Source of the DNA: an uncultured delta proteobacterium
GTDB taxonomy: Bacteria > Bdellovibrionota > FAC87 > UBA2466
Reading direction: 5' to 3'
NCBI GenBank assembly: GCA_963778115.1
Contig: CAVZSV010000004.1
Location: 128,001 to 192,000 of the forward strand
DNA length: 64,000 nt
Shown: positions 37,847 through 48,040 of the stretch, piece after piece
How positions within the stretch are numbered: position 1 is the first letter of the stretch
Layout of the letters: each line of letters begins with the position of its first letter
Translations under genes and position numbers: made by a program
The notes under the pieces: generated by a model
Seen by the model: only the letters and a program-made list of their open reading frames with translations
Told to the model about the DNA's origin: nothing
The model's database searches: none

Positions 37847-40800
37847 CTACTCGAACGAAAACCGATAACGAATGTCGATGCCATACGACTGCGTTGTCGT
37901 TGTGTCGGTACCGCCCACATTCCCGTCCACCGCGGTACCATTGATCGTGTAGTTATCGTCCAGCATATGTTCAATCTTCAATTCCCGGAAAGGAATGGCT
38001 TCAAGCGTATTAGAATAGGACACTTTTGTGCGGTTGGTAATGTCTTTTTGTATCTTAACGGCGGGCACCGTAATGTCCGAAGAGACCGATGCCGCGGCCG
38101 CCGTAGCCGGTGTTATTGGGGTGCTAGACCGGCTCTGGGTATTGAAACGAATGTCTAATCCCAACTGACTTTCAATCTTGGATTGCAGTGGGATTTGCCC
38201 CACCAAGGTACTCCCTAGATCCAGATAATTTCCATCTTCTCTCTTGCTGGTGACCCCCAATAGCAGAAGCGAAATGATATCGGCTTCTGCCAATTCAGGC
38301 GTCGAGGTCAGCAAAATCTTATAATTGGTGGGCGTTCCGGTCACCGTTAAATTAACCTCGTACTGCTGGGAAGTTTGGGCCTGGGTGACTTGGGTGGTCG
38401 TTACCGACTCTTGGACCATCGCTCGTCCGGATATGGCAAACCGGGGAGCAATGTGATTACTAGACTCAAACTTCACATTGCCTGAGTTAAGGGTGAACTT
38501 CCGCTCCCGGAATAGAATCGAGCCCTGTATCAATTCGGAGGATCCCAAAAGGCCCAAATCCACGTTATTACCCACGAGATGGAAATTTCCCTTGAATTCG
38601 GCATTCATGACATCGGTAGTCACCAATAACTTATCTTTCGATTCGCAGGAGACATCGACAGTGAATAACGGTGCAGATGAAGATTGGTCATTTTGAGTTA
38701 CGTCAAAACGGGTCAAATTTCCTTCGATAAGACGGCATTTTCCCGCTAGCTCATAAGGCCGATTGTTGCCTTTGATCGTAAACTCCCCGGACAACCGGGT
38801 GGTTAGATAATTTCCGGTACGAATAACGACACGGTTGGCGGCAATGCGAAGGTTCGGAATCAGGCTCTCAAATTTATTGACGTGGACATCTCCTTCGACA
38901 GTGACAAGGCCGCCGTTTAACGTCGATTCGAAATGATCCACGTTGATGCGATCCTGGCTCAGGCTTAATTGCATTTGCGCTGATTTAAATTCGTCGTTAA
39001 TTCCCGTCATCCGGAAAGTGCCGTCCTCAAGAGAAATATTTCCCAGCAAGTTAAAATTACGCGGAGTCCCCGAAACTCGAATGGCGGCTGATAGCTTCCC
39101 CGATCCATACTCAAGTCCAGGCACAAAGGGCTGCACAAATTGCAAGTCCAATTTTCCGTCTAGATTAAGCTGAATAGACTTTTCTGGCTCAAAAGCGACG
39201 TCAAAAGCGAGTTGGCTGTCTTTTCCAATAACACTGGCATGACTGACTTTGATAGCTCCGTTATCGACGTCCACCACAATAGGCTCTTGATTCTTCATCG
39301 GAGTCCCTTTTAGGCCCAGGTTCAAAGTGGTGATCTTCCCTCCCCCTTTAAACGAACTCCAATCCGAAAGAGAACCTTTCAGGTTGATGTCTCCCGTCGC
39401 TGTGATCTCATTTACGGTCGGAATGTCTTTGCCCAAAAGTACGGTAGTAAAAGGAGTAAAATCAAATTCCTCGAACGAGAGTTGAATCGTCCAAGGGTGT
39501 TGTCCCACACCGTCACGAATTAAACTCCCATTTAGCTTCTCGCCTAAGAGATTACCGACTATTTCAAGTCGCTGGCCGTCGCTTTTGATCTTAAAATGAG
39601 ACGGCGGAAGCGGATTATCCCGGAAGGTAGCGTTCGTTAGTGTAATATCTCCCGTTCCACTGGGTTCGGTGAGATCTTGTCCTTCCAAAACCACTTCCCC
39701 TAAGATCTCTCCGGACAAAGGCGACCGGCCGATGTGATTCAGCTCCTCGACGCGCAACCCATGACTTAGAAAACTGAGTCGCGAACGATCGTCTCCGAAG
39801 TGGCCTCGGATATCTAGCCCCCCCGACTTTTTTAAGAGAACCAAACGGCTAATATCGGTCTTGTTGGTTCGAAATGTGGCAAAAAAACTAGAAGACAGCC
39901 AGTCTTCGTCATACCATTTGAAATTCTTCGCCTGCCCCGAAGCGATGACCTCCATCCCCTCGTCGTCATGGCCCCCCTCGATAGACATGCGGGCCGATAC
40001 TTCTCCTCCTTTGGGAGGAGCGAACTTCAACTTTTTCTGACCGAATGCTTTGAAAGCATCATCGACGCCAAGTCGCTTTCCCTCGACGCTAAACTTGTAG
40101 TGCGTTTTGTCGGGATTAAAGTCGACAAACCCGTTCCCTTTGACAGGCTCCATCGTGGTCGCGGCCTCTAGATTTTCGAAGGAAAGGAGTTGGTTTTGGT
40201 AGTATGCCTGCCCGCGCACACTGCCCAAATAAATTTTTGAGATAGCGGCATCAGACACCGTGAAGTTGCCTAAGATCTTGGCATCGGATCCCGCGACGTC
40301 CACGTCCGCGGTGAGGTCCGTAACACCCGCAAGTGACAGCTGAGCAACATGGCCAAGGCCTGTCAAGGAAAGGTGGGTGGCCTGAGCTTTAACTTTGGCG
40401 ATATTATCGTAGCCCACGTACCCTTGTCCGTCCAAAGTTCCGCCCAAAAGCGCCACATGAGCGTTAAAAGTCATTTTGTCTTCGTAGAAATTAAGATTGG
40501 TCTGCATGGTACCGGCGTCTACCGCAACGATAGTGTCTTTTTCCGATTTGCCGTACTTGTTAATGACCGCAAAGTTGGTGAAGTTTCCGTTGAGATCCCC
40601 ATGAATCTCTAAAGGACCGGCCAAGTCCCCTTTGACTGCCATGGGACCATTGGTAGAAAGACGCACAAGCGAGCCCGGGTTTTTAACGCTGTCTAAAATA
40701 CCATCTAGACGCACCCCGTGAAGGGTTAAGTCCCCCGCCAAAGGATAGCGGCCACTTAGCCCAATGGTGATAAGCTTCGAAGTGAGTTCTCCGCCCCCAT

Positions 40801-41791
40801 ACTTTAGATTCACTTCGGTAAAACTCACTTTGGAGCCGGTGAGTCCAAACTCGACGGAGCCTCTGCCAATCTTGTAACCATCCAGCATGATGTCCTGGTA
40901 GCGGATCGAGCCGTTTCCTTCGTAAGATCCATTCGCAATCATGACGGTTCCTTGGGAAGCCAGTACGCCGTCTAGTTGCGGAGTTTTCAATTCAGGAATG
41001 CGATTCAAAAGAGCCAGTGGAACTCGCACGTCGAAAGATGCCGTTAGCGAGGATGGTAAGCCACCGTTAGGAACGGAAGACGCTCCTTTGAGGTTGATGG
41101 ATAACTGATCCCCCTCGACAACAGCGCGGTTCACTCTCATGCTTTTCTTGGTTAGATCGATGTCAACGTCTACGTTATTCAAATGAAGTTTCAGATCGCC
41201 TCGCTCCACTTCGAGATCGCGAGAGACAATGGTCAGATTTTGTTGTTGCGTGAGACTGTTTTCCACGAATGCCGAAAGGCTGTGCGAACGGATCGCAATG
41301 TTAGGGTCCTTGGCGTCAATATCAAAAAGAGCATCGACGACGCCTACTTTCTTGAGAACCAAGTTGAAAGTACCTCCTTTAAACTCAGGAGGTTTTCGAC
41401 TTGCCGTTAGGGCTTCGATTTTTTTGTAGAGCAGATCCGCACGAGGGATAATAAGCCTGGGATGGAAGAGAATAGCCTCTTCGATCACTAGTCTCTTCGA
41501 AATGAGAGCTAAGGGCTGAAACTCGATCTTGATCTTGTCTATCGGGAGAGGATGAACCAGTTGAATTTTCGCGTGAGGCAATGACCTTAGCGTGACTCGA
41601 TTTAGATAGATTTTTGGTGTGAAGGCGGAAAACTCGATACTCTCAATTTGAAGATCGATGCCATAAGCAGAAAGTGCCTTGCGGATCTCTTCAACGACAC
41701 GGTGCTGCACGGGGCTACTTCCCAGCGCAAGGTGCAGCCCTAGATACAATCCTAGAATCACCATGCCGAATGTGAAAAATCCTTTTCGCAC
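37847..41791 (-). CDS. tamB: Translocation/assembly module TamB (AsmA-like) protein
   Basis: 1314 aa; N-terminal TM anchor; glycine-rich beta repeats; C-terminal LTSTPELAEADIISLLLLG and YRFSFE; adjacent to Omp85 gene. Confidence 0.85.
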   Translation of the reverse strand: MRKGFFTFGMVILGLYLGLHLALGSSPVQHRVVEEIRKALSAYGIDLQIESIEFSAFTPKIYLNRVTLRSLPHAKIQLVHPLPIDKIKIEFQPLALISKRLVIEEAILFHPRLIIPRADLLYKKIEALTASRKPPEFKGGTFNLVLKKVGVVDALFDIDAKDPNIAIRSHSLSAFVENSLTQQQNLTIVSRDLEVERGDLKLHLNNVDVDIDLTKKSMRVNRAVVEGDQLSINLKGASSVPNGGLPSSLTASFDVRVPLALLNRIPELKTPQLDGVLASQGTVMIANGSYEGNGSIRYQDIMLDGYKIGRGSVEFGLTGSKVSFTEVNLKYGGGELTSKLITIGLSGRYPLAGDLTLHGVRLDGILDSVKNPGSLVRLSTNGPMAVKGDLAGPLEIHGDLNGNFTNFAVINKYGKSEKDTIVAVDAGTMQTNLNFYEDKMTFNAHVALLGGTLDGQGYVGYDNIAKVKAQATHLSLTGLGHVAQLSLAGVTDLTADVDVAGSDAKILGNFTVSDAAISKIYLGSVRGQAYYQNQLLSFENLEAATTMEPVKGNGFVDFNPDKTHYKFSVEGKRLGVDDAFKAFGQKKLKFAPPKGGEVSARMSIEGGHDDEGMEVIASGQAKNFKWYDEDWLSSSFFATFRTNKTDISRLVLLKKSGGLDIRGHFGDDRSRLSFLSHGLRVEELNHIGRSPLSGEILGEVVLEGQDLTEPSGTGDITLTNATFRDNPLPPSHFKIKSDGQRLEIVGNLLGEKLNGSLIRDGVGQHPWTIQLSFEEFDFTPFTTVLLGKDIPTVNEITATGDINLKGSLSDWSSFKGGGKITTLNLGLKGTPMKNQEPIVVDVDNGAIKVSHASVIGKDSQLAFDVAFEPEKSIQLNLDGKLDLQFVQPFVPGLEYGSGKLSAAIRVSGTPRNFNLLGNISLEDGTFRMTGINDEFKSAQMQLSLSQDRINVDHFESTLNGGLVTVEGDVHVNKFESLIPNLRIAANRVVIRTGNYLTTRLSGEFTIKGNNRPYELAGKCRLIEGNLTRFDVTQNDQSSSAPLFTVDVSCESKDKLLVTTDVMNAEFKGNFHLVGNNVDLGLLGSSELIQGSILFRERKFTLNSGNVKFESSNHIAPRFAISGRAMVQESVTTTQVTQAQTSQQYEVNLTVTGTPTNYKILLTSTPELAEADIISLLLLGVTSKREDGNYLDLGSTLVGQIPLQSKIESQLGLDIRFNTQSRSSTPITPATAAAASVSSDITVPAVKIQKDITNRTKVSYSNTLEAIPFRELKIEHMLDDNYTINGTAVDGNVGGTDTTTTQSYGIDIRYRFSFE

Positions 41792-41807
41792 GTTTTATTA
41801 AGTCCCT

Positions 41808-43070
41808 CTAAGACTTCCTTCTTCGCTTAACCCCGCCACTCTCTTCAGTACGCCCTTCGGGTGCCAGATGCCTTCCTCCCAGAAGCCCTTCCATCCGTGA
41901 CTTTACACTCTTTAGGTTACGGTAAAATGGATTCTTATGTTCCACCCACCTTAGGTGGATAAGCGCTTGTCCTACGTCTCCCAATCGAAGATAAAGCTCG
42001 GTCAATTGATAGTGCGCTTCCATTTCGACGATTGCACTTGCGTTGGGCCGCCGTAAAACGGATTGAAAGACCTCTAAAGCGGCAAGATCGCTTCCCTGCC
42101 TTATCAAGATGTCTCCGACCAAACATTGCGCTTCAGCGAAAAAAGGGCTCTCCGCAGGAACGGTTCGCAACTCCTCTAGAGCTGCTTGAAAGAGCTCCAT
42201 TTCTAAATAGGCCATAGCCATATCGATTCGAGACTTGAAATCATCTGCTAAGATTTTGTCACTCTTAGCCCTAAACTCCGCTAGAAGGGGCGAGATTTGG
42301 TCGTAATGCTCGGCGATTTTTAATTGCTTCGTCTTAAAATTCTCGGGTGACTCTTCCTCCAATTCCTCTTCTAACTCAGCAATGAGCATGCCCAAATTTT
42401 TCTCCGCTTTCGGGTTACCGACAACCGTCGAGTGCTCAAATCCACTTAGCAATACAATAAGGTCGGCCCGACGGAGCTTTGCAATTTCAAATCTCTCTAA
42501 ATGTTTCAACATTTCAGTTGCCTTAAATTTCGTATAAAGTCTTTTCAGCCGACGGATCACAACTTTATCAGACGACTTAGTCTTTAAGGCATCGAGCAAA
42601 GCCGAGTGCATGGCATCCCAGTCGCCAGCGTCTGCGTAGGCCGTGGCCAGGCCCAGGAAACCAAAAGCAGAGGTTCTTTCCACGCCCAGAATGGCTTCAT
42701 AGTAAGTACGTCTTGTTTTGGGAGAGTTTTTATAGTGTTTATCTATCCACGCCGATGCAAATAGGGCGTGTTTTCGTCGCATCGCGGTTCGCGCGAAAAG
42801 TTGCAGTAGCTGTTTCATATCGCGCTCTCTATGGGCCCTCTCCTCAATCTTGATACTAATCCAAAGAGCCTTTAGCGAATGGGGGGATATCTTTAGCGCC
42901 CGTTTAAGCAAATGCTGTGCGATCGCATGGTGGTTTCGACGCTCCAAAACCTCCGCCACTTTGGCATAAGCCATCGCCGCAGCACGTTTTTTCCCCTTCG
43001 ATTCAAGTTCACGCGCCCGGTGCAGACGATATTTGGAAGGTGGTTTCCCCATAAGTGAAATGGTTACCAT
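41808..43070 (-). CDS. Tetratricopeptide repeat protein
   Basis: Repeated helical TPR-like motifs (MAMAYLEMELFQAAL; HYQLTELYLRLGD). Confidence 0.75.
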   Translation of the reverse strand: MVTISLMGKPPSKYRLHRARELESKGKKRAAAMAYAKVAEVLERRNHHAIAQHLLKRALKISPHSLKALWISIKIEERAHRERDMKQLLQLFARTAMRRKHALFASAWIDKHYKNSPKTRRTYYEAILGVERTSAFGFLGLATAYADAGDWDAMHSALLDALKTKSSDKVVIRRLKRLYTKFKATEMLKHLERFEIAKLRRADLIVLLSGFEHSTVVGNPKAEKNLGMLIAELEEELEEESPENFKTKQLKIAEHYDQISPLLAEFRAKSDKILADDFKSRIDMAMAYLEMELFQAALEELRTVPAESPFFAEAQCLVGDILIRQGSDLAALEVFQSVLRRPNASAIVEMEAHYQLTELYLRLGDVGQALIHLRWVEHKNPFYRNLKSVKSRMEGLLGGRHLAPEGRTEESGGVKRRRKS

Positions 43071-43293
43071 GGCTTACTAATATGACTCAGCGCGTATTGG
43101 CGCGCAGAAACCGGGTGAACCACTTCCCTATTGTCTCGCCAAAGCTAAGGAATTACTTAAGCTCGATTTGCTTCTAAAAACCCTAGATAAGACGTGGAAT
43201 TGGGGCTCCGCGTGACAGAAAAAGATACCCTAATTTGCAATTATACTGCCGTGTGTTAAGCCTCAGGCAGAGGGCATTTTTTAGGAGTCTTTC

Positions 43294-43902
43294 ATGCGTC
43301 CATGGATAGTCGCCGCCGTTTCATTCGTTTGCCTTAATCTGCCCCTTTCGGCCCTTGCCGATCCGAAGGACGTCACTTTTGGTTGTAAAGTCCGTTACAC
43401 GTTAGGTTCCCAAACCGGAAAAGGAATGGACGATATTGTTTTGCCTAATGGGAATAAATTGGGAGTTTTCACCGGAGGAGCTCTGTTTACGACAGTAGTG
43501 ATCTTCGAAAAAGGTGCCAAACTTAACGAAATGGGTGCCACTTACGGAGTTTTGGAAGGTCGCAACGAAAAAACCTCTATTCGAGTAGCGCCGCTGGTAA
43601 CCGCCGACGGAAAGTACGGAATAAGCCATGCTACACTCGCCACTTTAATTCCAGGAGAGTTTGACCGATTCGAGAGGCCTATAGTGGATGGAGCCGCGCA
43701 AATTGGGGATGCCGTCATTTTTGCGGATCAAACCAAAAGAGAGTTTACCCTGAGTAGTGCGGCCAAAGGTCTTTACACGGGTCCTGTGATCACTACAGGC
43801 CCTCACGGAGAAGAGATTATCGTTACCGACGTGAACGGAAAACAGTATCAGGCCACCAACGTTCCCATCATGGATGCGGTACTGCACTGTTCGTTTAAGT
43901 AA
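43294..43902 (+). CDS. Secreted hypothetical protein
   Basis: AGGAG RBS; signal peptide ending ALA; beta-rich; one Cys near each end of the mature part. Confidence 0.75.
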   Translation: MRPWIVAAVSFVCLNLPLSALADPKDVTFGCKVRYTLGSQTGKGMDDIVLPNGNKLGVFTGGALFTTVVIFEKGAKLNEMGATYGVLEGRNEKTSIRVAPLVTADGKYGISHATLATLIPGEFDRFERPIVDGAAQIGDAVIFADQTKREFTLSSAAKGLYTGPVITTGPHGEEIIVTDVNGKQYQATNVPIMDAVLHCSFK

Positions 43903-44044
43903 AGATTAGCGTAACCACTTAGCTGAAATCCCCGAGCACGGAAGTAAATGAGAAAGCGTCTGATTTTGGGGCCTAGAGCATGACGAAGAGCAAGAGATCG
44001 ACAGCTTAGGGACGATGTCGTTGTCAGAGCTGAAGGGTTACCGA

Positions 44045-44608
44045 TTAGCTCTTTATTTTTTCAACATAGGCACCGCTTCGAGTATCGATCTTGAGGCGGT
44101 CGCCTTTGTTGACGTGAAAGGGAACCGTCACGTTAAGACCGGTGGATACGGTCGCAGGCTTTCCGCCGCCGCTAACGGTATCACCCTTAATACCGGGCTC
44201 GGTATAGGTCACTTCAAGCTCCACAAAATTAGGCATATCGACCGCGATGGGTTTGCCTTGATAGTAGAGAACTTCAATCTCTAAGTTTTCGACGAGGTAG
44301 TACTTGTTTTCGCCGATGGTCTTAGTATCCAGCCCTATCTGTTCGTAGGCTTCAAGGTCCATAAACTGGTAGCCATTACCGTCGGTGTAAAGGTACTGCA
44401 TAATCTTCTTTTCTAACTCAGGCTCCCCGACTCGCTCCCCTGATTTGAACGTCTTATCAATAACGTTGTTATTGAATAGGTTCTTCAACCGTGTCCTGAC
44501 AAACGCGTTTCCCTTACCAGGCTTTACGTGTTGAAACTCTTGGATTTGGTAGGGCACTCCGTCTACTTCGATATAAAGAGCCTTCTTGAATTCCGACGTA
44601 TCGATCAT
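44045..44608 (-). CDS. efp: Translation elongation factor P (Lys-type PGKG loop)
   Basis: FQHVKPGKGNAFVRTRLKN, TEPGIKGDT, KIDTR. Confidence 0.98.
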   Translation of the reverse strand: MIDTSEFKKALYIEVDGVPYQIQEFQHVKPGKGNAFVRTRLKNLFNNNVIDKTFKSGERVGEPELEKKIMQYLYTDGNGYQFMDLEAYEQIGLDTKTIGENKYYLVENLEIEVLYYQGKPIAVDMPNFVELEVTYTEPGIKGDTVSGGGKPATVSTGLNVTVPFHVNKGDRLKIDTRSGAYVEKIKS

Positions 44609-44752
44609 GCGAGCTTCCTCTTCAGATTAAACGCCTGTTTTCCCTTATCTTTGGGGAAAATTCAAGGGTTGTGTGAATAGCTTAAATACGGGCATCCTCG
44701 TGCAAGGAGGCAGGGGAGCCAGTCCAGCGCTCTTAATTTCTATTTCATGAAG

Positions 44753-45751
44753 TTAGCTATGGGAATGCTGAACGCGCTTAAGCAGATCTCTGAGAACTTC
44801 GATCTTCCTATTTCTTAAGATCGTATCCGAACCGACTCCTAATTTCAGTCGGCAAGCGTTCACTTTCCGCGCAAGATCAGCGCTTGGATTTTTTTCGGCC
44901 AGCTTCTCAAAGATGCGAAGCGATCGATCGAATTGCCCTTGGGAATAGTACAGATCGCCCAAAGTCTCAGTCGTTATTTCCTGACGACCTTTGGGTTGGC
45001 TCTCATTAAAGATATGGCTGACATGTTCTATTTTAAAGGCTTCGTCTTCGGTGTCGTCGTCGGAAAAGAAATTGTCTAGTAAAGCATCTGCCCCAGTTGC
45101 CGCGGTTTGAGGAACTGCCGCAGGCTCTTCAAGTTTTGCCGCCAACGAGTTCGGTTTTTCGGCAACGCCCGAAGACTCGGGTGCTGGCTCCACAGTTACC
45201 GTTTCGGTGACTTCCACCGCCGGTACTTTCTCTTCCGGAAGTGGCAAAGGAGCTAATTTCGTGGCCTCCTCGGCTTCTCCTTTTTCTAGAGTATAAACTT
45301 GCTCCGCAAGTGCTACGTCCGCGGGTGAAAGTAGCAGCGCCATTTTGTACGCGTGGAGACTAGCGGCGAAATCTTTTTGTGCTAAGCAGACATCTCCCAA
45401 AAGACGCTGGGCTAATAGATTTTCCGGAACGAACTGGATCACCCGTTCCAACTCCACACGCGCTTCCGGCAACCGGCGTTTGTCGATAAGACATTTGGCC
45501 AGTGTCACTCTGCCCCCGTGAAAGTCGGGATGGTGATTGAGTCCCTCTTTACAAATATCGATAGCTTCGTCCACCCTTCCCAACCGCCGATAGGCTTCCG
45601 CAAGCGGTGCAAAGACTCGGCTTGTCGGATCCTCTTGGTAGCGACGAAGATACTCTCGAAAATAGGGAGGAAAGTTATCGTAAATACGCCCCAGCGCGTC
45701 TCTTACGCGATTCTGGCGCGCTGATTTTTCGGGCGATTTCTCAAGTGTCAT
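44753..45751 (-). CDS. Tetratricopeptide repeat protein with acidic linker
   Basis: DPTSRVFAPLAEAYR TPRs at the N-terminus; TETLGDLYYSQG single TPR at the C-terminus. Confidence 0.85.
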   Translation of the reverse strand: MTLEKSPEKSARQNRVRDALGRIYDNFPPYFREYLRRYQEDPTSRVFAPLAEAYRRLGRVDEAIDICKEGLNHHPDFHGGRVTLAKCLIDKRRLPEARVELERVIQFVPENLLAQRLLGDVCLAQKDFAASLHAYKMALLLSPADVALAEQVYTLEKGEAEEATKLAPLPLPEEKVPAVEVTETVTVEPAPESSGVAEKPNSLAAKLEEPAAVPQTAATGADALLDNFFSDDDTEDEAFKIEHVSHIFNESQPKGRQEITTETLGDLYYSQGQFDRSLRIFEKLAEKNPSADLARKVNACRLKLGVGSDTILRNRKIEVLRDLLKRVQHSHS

Positions 45752-45795
45752 GTGGTTGGTATCATCATAAATCGCCAGCCAGGGTATGGAAAGTG

Positions 45796-47181
45796 CTAAG
45801 TCTCATCTGATGCATCGCTCCACAAACCGGCCCGTCGTTGCCTCTTCAGCGCTTCATAGAAGACAAATAACAGCAGCAGCTCCAAAGCCGCCCACTCCCA
45901 CCAACTCGGTCGAATACAACTTGTATAAAGCGGAGGGATCCATTCTCCCACTCTCTGCTGGGTGCGCATCAAAAAGTTCCAAGCATTTTCCATCAAACGA
46001 CTGCCATAGGGTCGCCAAGACAAAGGAAGTAGCGCCATAAAGATCGGTAGGAAAAACCCAGCGGGAATCAGAAAAATTTCCCACAACCAGGCCAGCAAAA
46101 TATTGTGAAGGGGCGCTGTCCAGGAAACCTTGGCGAACAGAAAGGCTGACAGTGGCCAAGCCAAGATCGGAAGTAACGTTGCGCCTACCAAATAGGAAAA
46201 CAGACGACGGCGTATTCTGGTTTCGTTAAGAACGGCTGCCGTAACTGCGGTTCCAAAAGCGCTCAGAAAAAAACTGGGATTTGCGATAAGTGGCGGATCC
46301 CAAATAATGAGCAACGCCACACTTGAAGTGGTCAGCTGCAGTGTCGAACAATGATGTCCTCTTCTTCTGAGCAGCCAAAGTGAAATTGCCATCGCTGCAG
46401 TTCTTGCGATAGGAGCCGCTCCATTGGAGAGAATCCAAAGAACGCTCGAACAAAGTACTGGCAGAAATTCACACCAATAAGGATACACTCTACGGATGAT
46501 GGTGGGACAGCTAGCTTTGAAAAAGCTTAGCAAAAGCCGTTGCAGGGCCAAAATAGCAATGAGAAGGCTCGTCACATGTTGGCCGCTGAGGGCCAAAATG
46601 GCGGCCATCCCCCCTTCTCGAAAATACGTCCGCAGGGATTGGGGAAGTCCCGAAAGATCTCCCGTCCAGACGGCTTTTTCAAAAGCGAGAAGTAAGGGAG
46701 TATGACGTCCCTGCCTTTCCAACCAATGTAGGAAACCATTTCGAAATCTAAGGGCTAACGACTTATTAGCACTCGGGTGAGGTTCCAAAGTGAGTTGAGC
46801 GACACGGCGAATGACGATGTGAGGAGGCGCTAACTGCCACAAGCCGTCTTGCATTTGCGCGGGATTTTTCAGCACGGCGGAACAATGAAAAGGGCCAAAA
46901 ATCCTCACCGAAAGACCGGAAAGGCTCCCCACCGGAAACTCGATGACCACTCGTCCCGTAAAACGTTTCCGCTGCCCTGCCGCGGTGAAAAGCTCCGCCC
47001 CCTCTAGAGTATGCTTTCCTGCTATAGACTCCGTCAGTCGGCCCCGAATAGTCGCAAAAGCATGACCAGTAGCCCTTTCCCGTGAAGCGCACCAGTCGAG
47101 AGAATCCTCCCGAATCGATTTTTCTTGGGCAAGCCGCAGTAGTGTAGCCAACAAAAGTAGGATATAGATAACGCGTCTCAC
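45796..47181 (-). CDS. comEC: ComEC/Rec2 family competence protein lacking the C-terminal metallo-beta-lactamase domain
   Basis: GTG 47181; LKNP, LALSGQHV, RTAAM, PSFFLSA, NILL; multiple TM helices. Confidence 0.75.
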   Translation of the reverse strand: MRRVIYILLLLATLLRLAQEKSIREDSLDWCASRERATGHAFATIRGRLTESIAGKHTLEGAELFTAAGQRKRFTGRVVIEFPVGSLSGLSVRIFGPFHCSAVLKNPAQMQDGLWQLAPPHIVIRRVAQLTLEPHPSANKSLALRFRNGFLHWLERQGRHTPLLLAFEKAVWTGDLSGLPQSLRTYFREGGMAAILALSGQHVTSLLIAILALQRLLLSFFKASCPTIIRRVYPYWCEFLPVLCSSVLWILSNGAAPIARTAAMAISLWLLRRRGHHCSTLQLTTSSVALLIIWDPPLIANPSFFLSAFGTAVTAAVLNETRIRRRLFSYLVGATLLPILAWPLSAFLFAKVSWTAPLHNILLAWLWEIFLIPAGFFLPIFMALLPLSWRPYGSRLMENAWNFLMRTQQRVGEWIPPLYTSCIRPSWWEWAALELLLLFVFYEALKRQRRAGLWSDASDET

Positions 47182-47302
47182 GCTTGGCAAAGATGCAAGG
47201 CGCAAGCCCAAAAAGGGTATTCGGGAGCAGATAAACAAAGTCTTGACTATATAAGCTAAACTGCAATATTTACGAACCTTACTTATTTTAGGTGGAGAAT
47301 CC

Positions 47303-47620
47303 GTGTACGCAGTAATTCGAACAGGTGGCAAACAATATAGAGTAGAACCGAACGTGGAACTGTTGGTAGAGAAGCTGCCCACGGAAGCGGGTCAACCTCT
47401 GGAGATCACGGACGTCCTTCTTTATTCCGATGGCCAAGATGTCGCTATCGGAACCCCGAAGGTGCCGGTAACCGTACACTGCCTTTGTGTTGGGCATGAA
47501 AAAGGCGATAAGTTGCGCACGGTAAAATACCGACGCCGCAAGAATTTTCGTCGTACCTACGGACACCGTCAAAACTACACTCGTCTGCTCGTTCAGAAGT
47601 TCGAGAGAAAGGGTAACTAA
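47303..47620 (+). CDS. rplU: 50S ribosomal protein L21
   Basis: [27 protein letters not shown]. Confidence 0.98.
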   Translation: MYAVIRTGGKQYRVEPNVELLVEKLPTEAGQPLEITDVLLYSDGQDVAIGTPKVPVTVHCLCVGHEKGDKLRTVKYRRRKNFRRTYGHRQNYTRLLVQKFERKGN

Positions 47621-47910
47621 TGGCTCACAAGAAAGCTGGCGGCAGTTCGAGGAACGGTAGAGACAGTCAAGGACAGCGTCTCGGAGTAAAAATTTTTGGT
47701 GGAGAATACGTTAGAGCGGGAAACATTCTAGTCCGACAACGAGGAACGCGTGTCCATGCGGGCCTCAACGTTGGGACCGGACGCGATTGGACCTTATTCG
47801 CCCTTATTAACGGACGAGTGAAGTTCGACCGACTCGACAAGACCCGTAAGAAGGTAAGCATCGTCCCCCTTGAAGCCACAGCACCCGTGACTGCAACCGC
47901 CGCGAAGTAG
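47620..47910 (+). CDS. rpmA: 50S ribosomal protein L27
   Basis: [21 protein letters not shown]. Confidence 0.99.
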   Translation: MAHKKAGGSSRNGRDSQGQRLGVKIFGGEYVRAGNILVRQRGTRVHAGLNVGTGRDWTLFALINGRVKFDRLDKTRKKVSIVPLEATAPVTATAAK

Positions 47911-47957
47911 GTTTCGGCTCAGTAGATACGGTCTGTTCTATTCTCTGGCTTCCTACC

Positions 47958-47983
47958 GTTTCTGCGCGAAACGCGGCAGAAAC
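47958..47983. terminator. Hairpin between rpmA and obgE
   Basis: GTTTCTGC-GCGAAACGCG-GCAGAAAC; no strong U-tract on the plus strand. Confidence 0.4.
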
Positions 47984-48040
47984 AACTATCTATCGCCGCA
48001 TTTTCTTATTCTGTGCTAAGAAGTCTCTGGTGAGGTTTTT

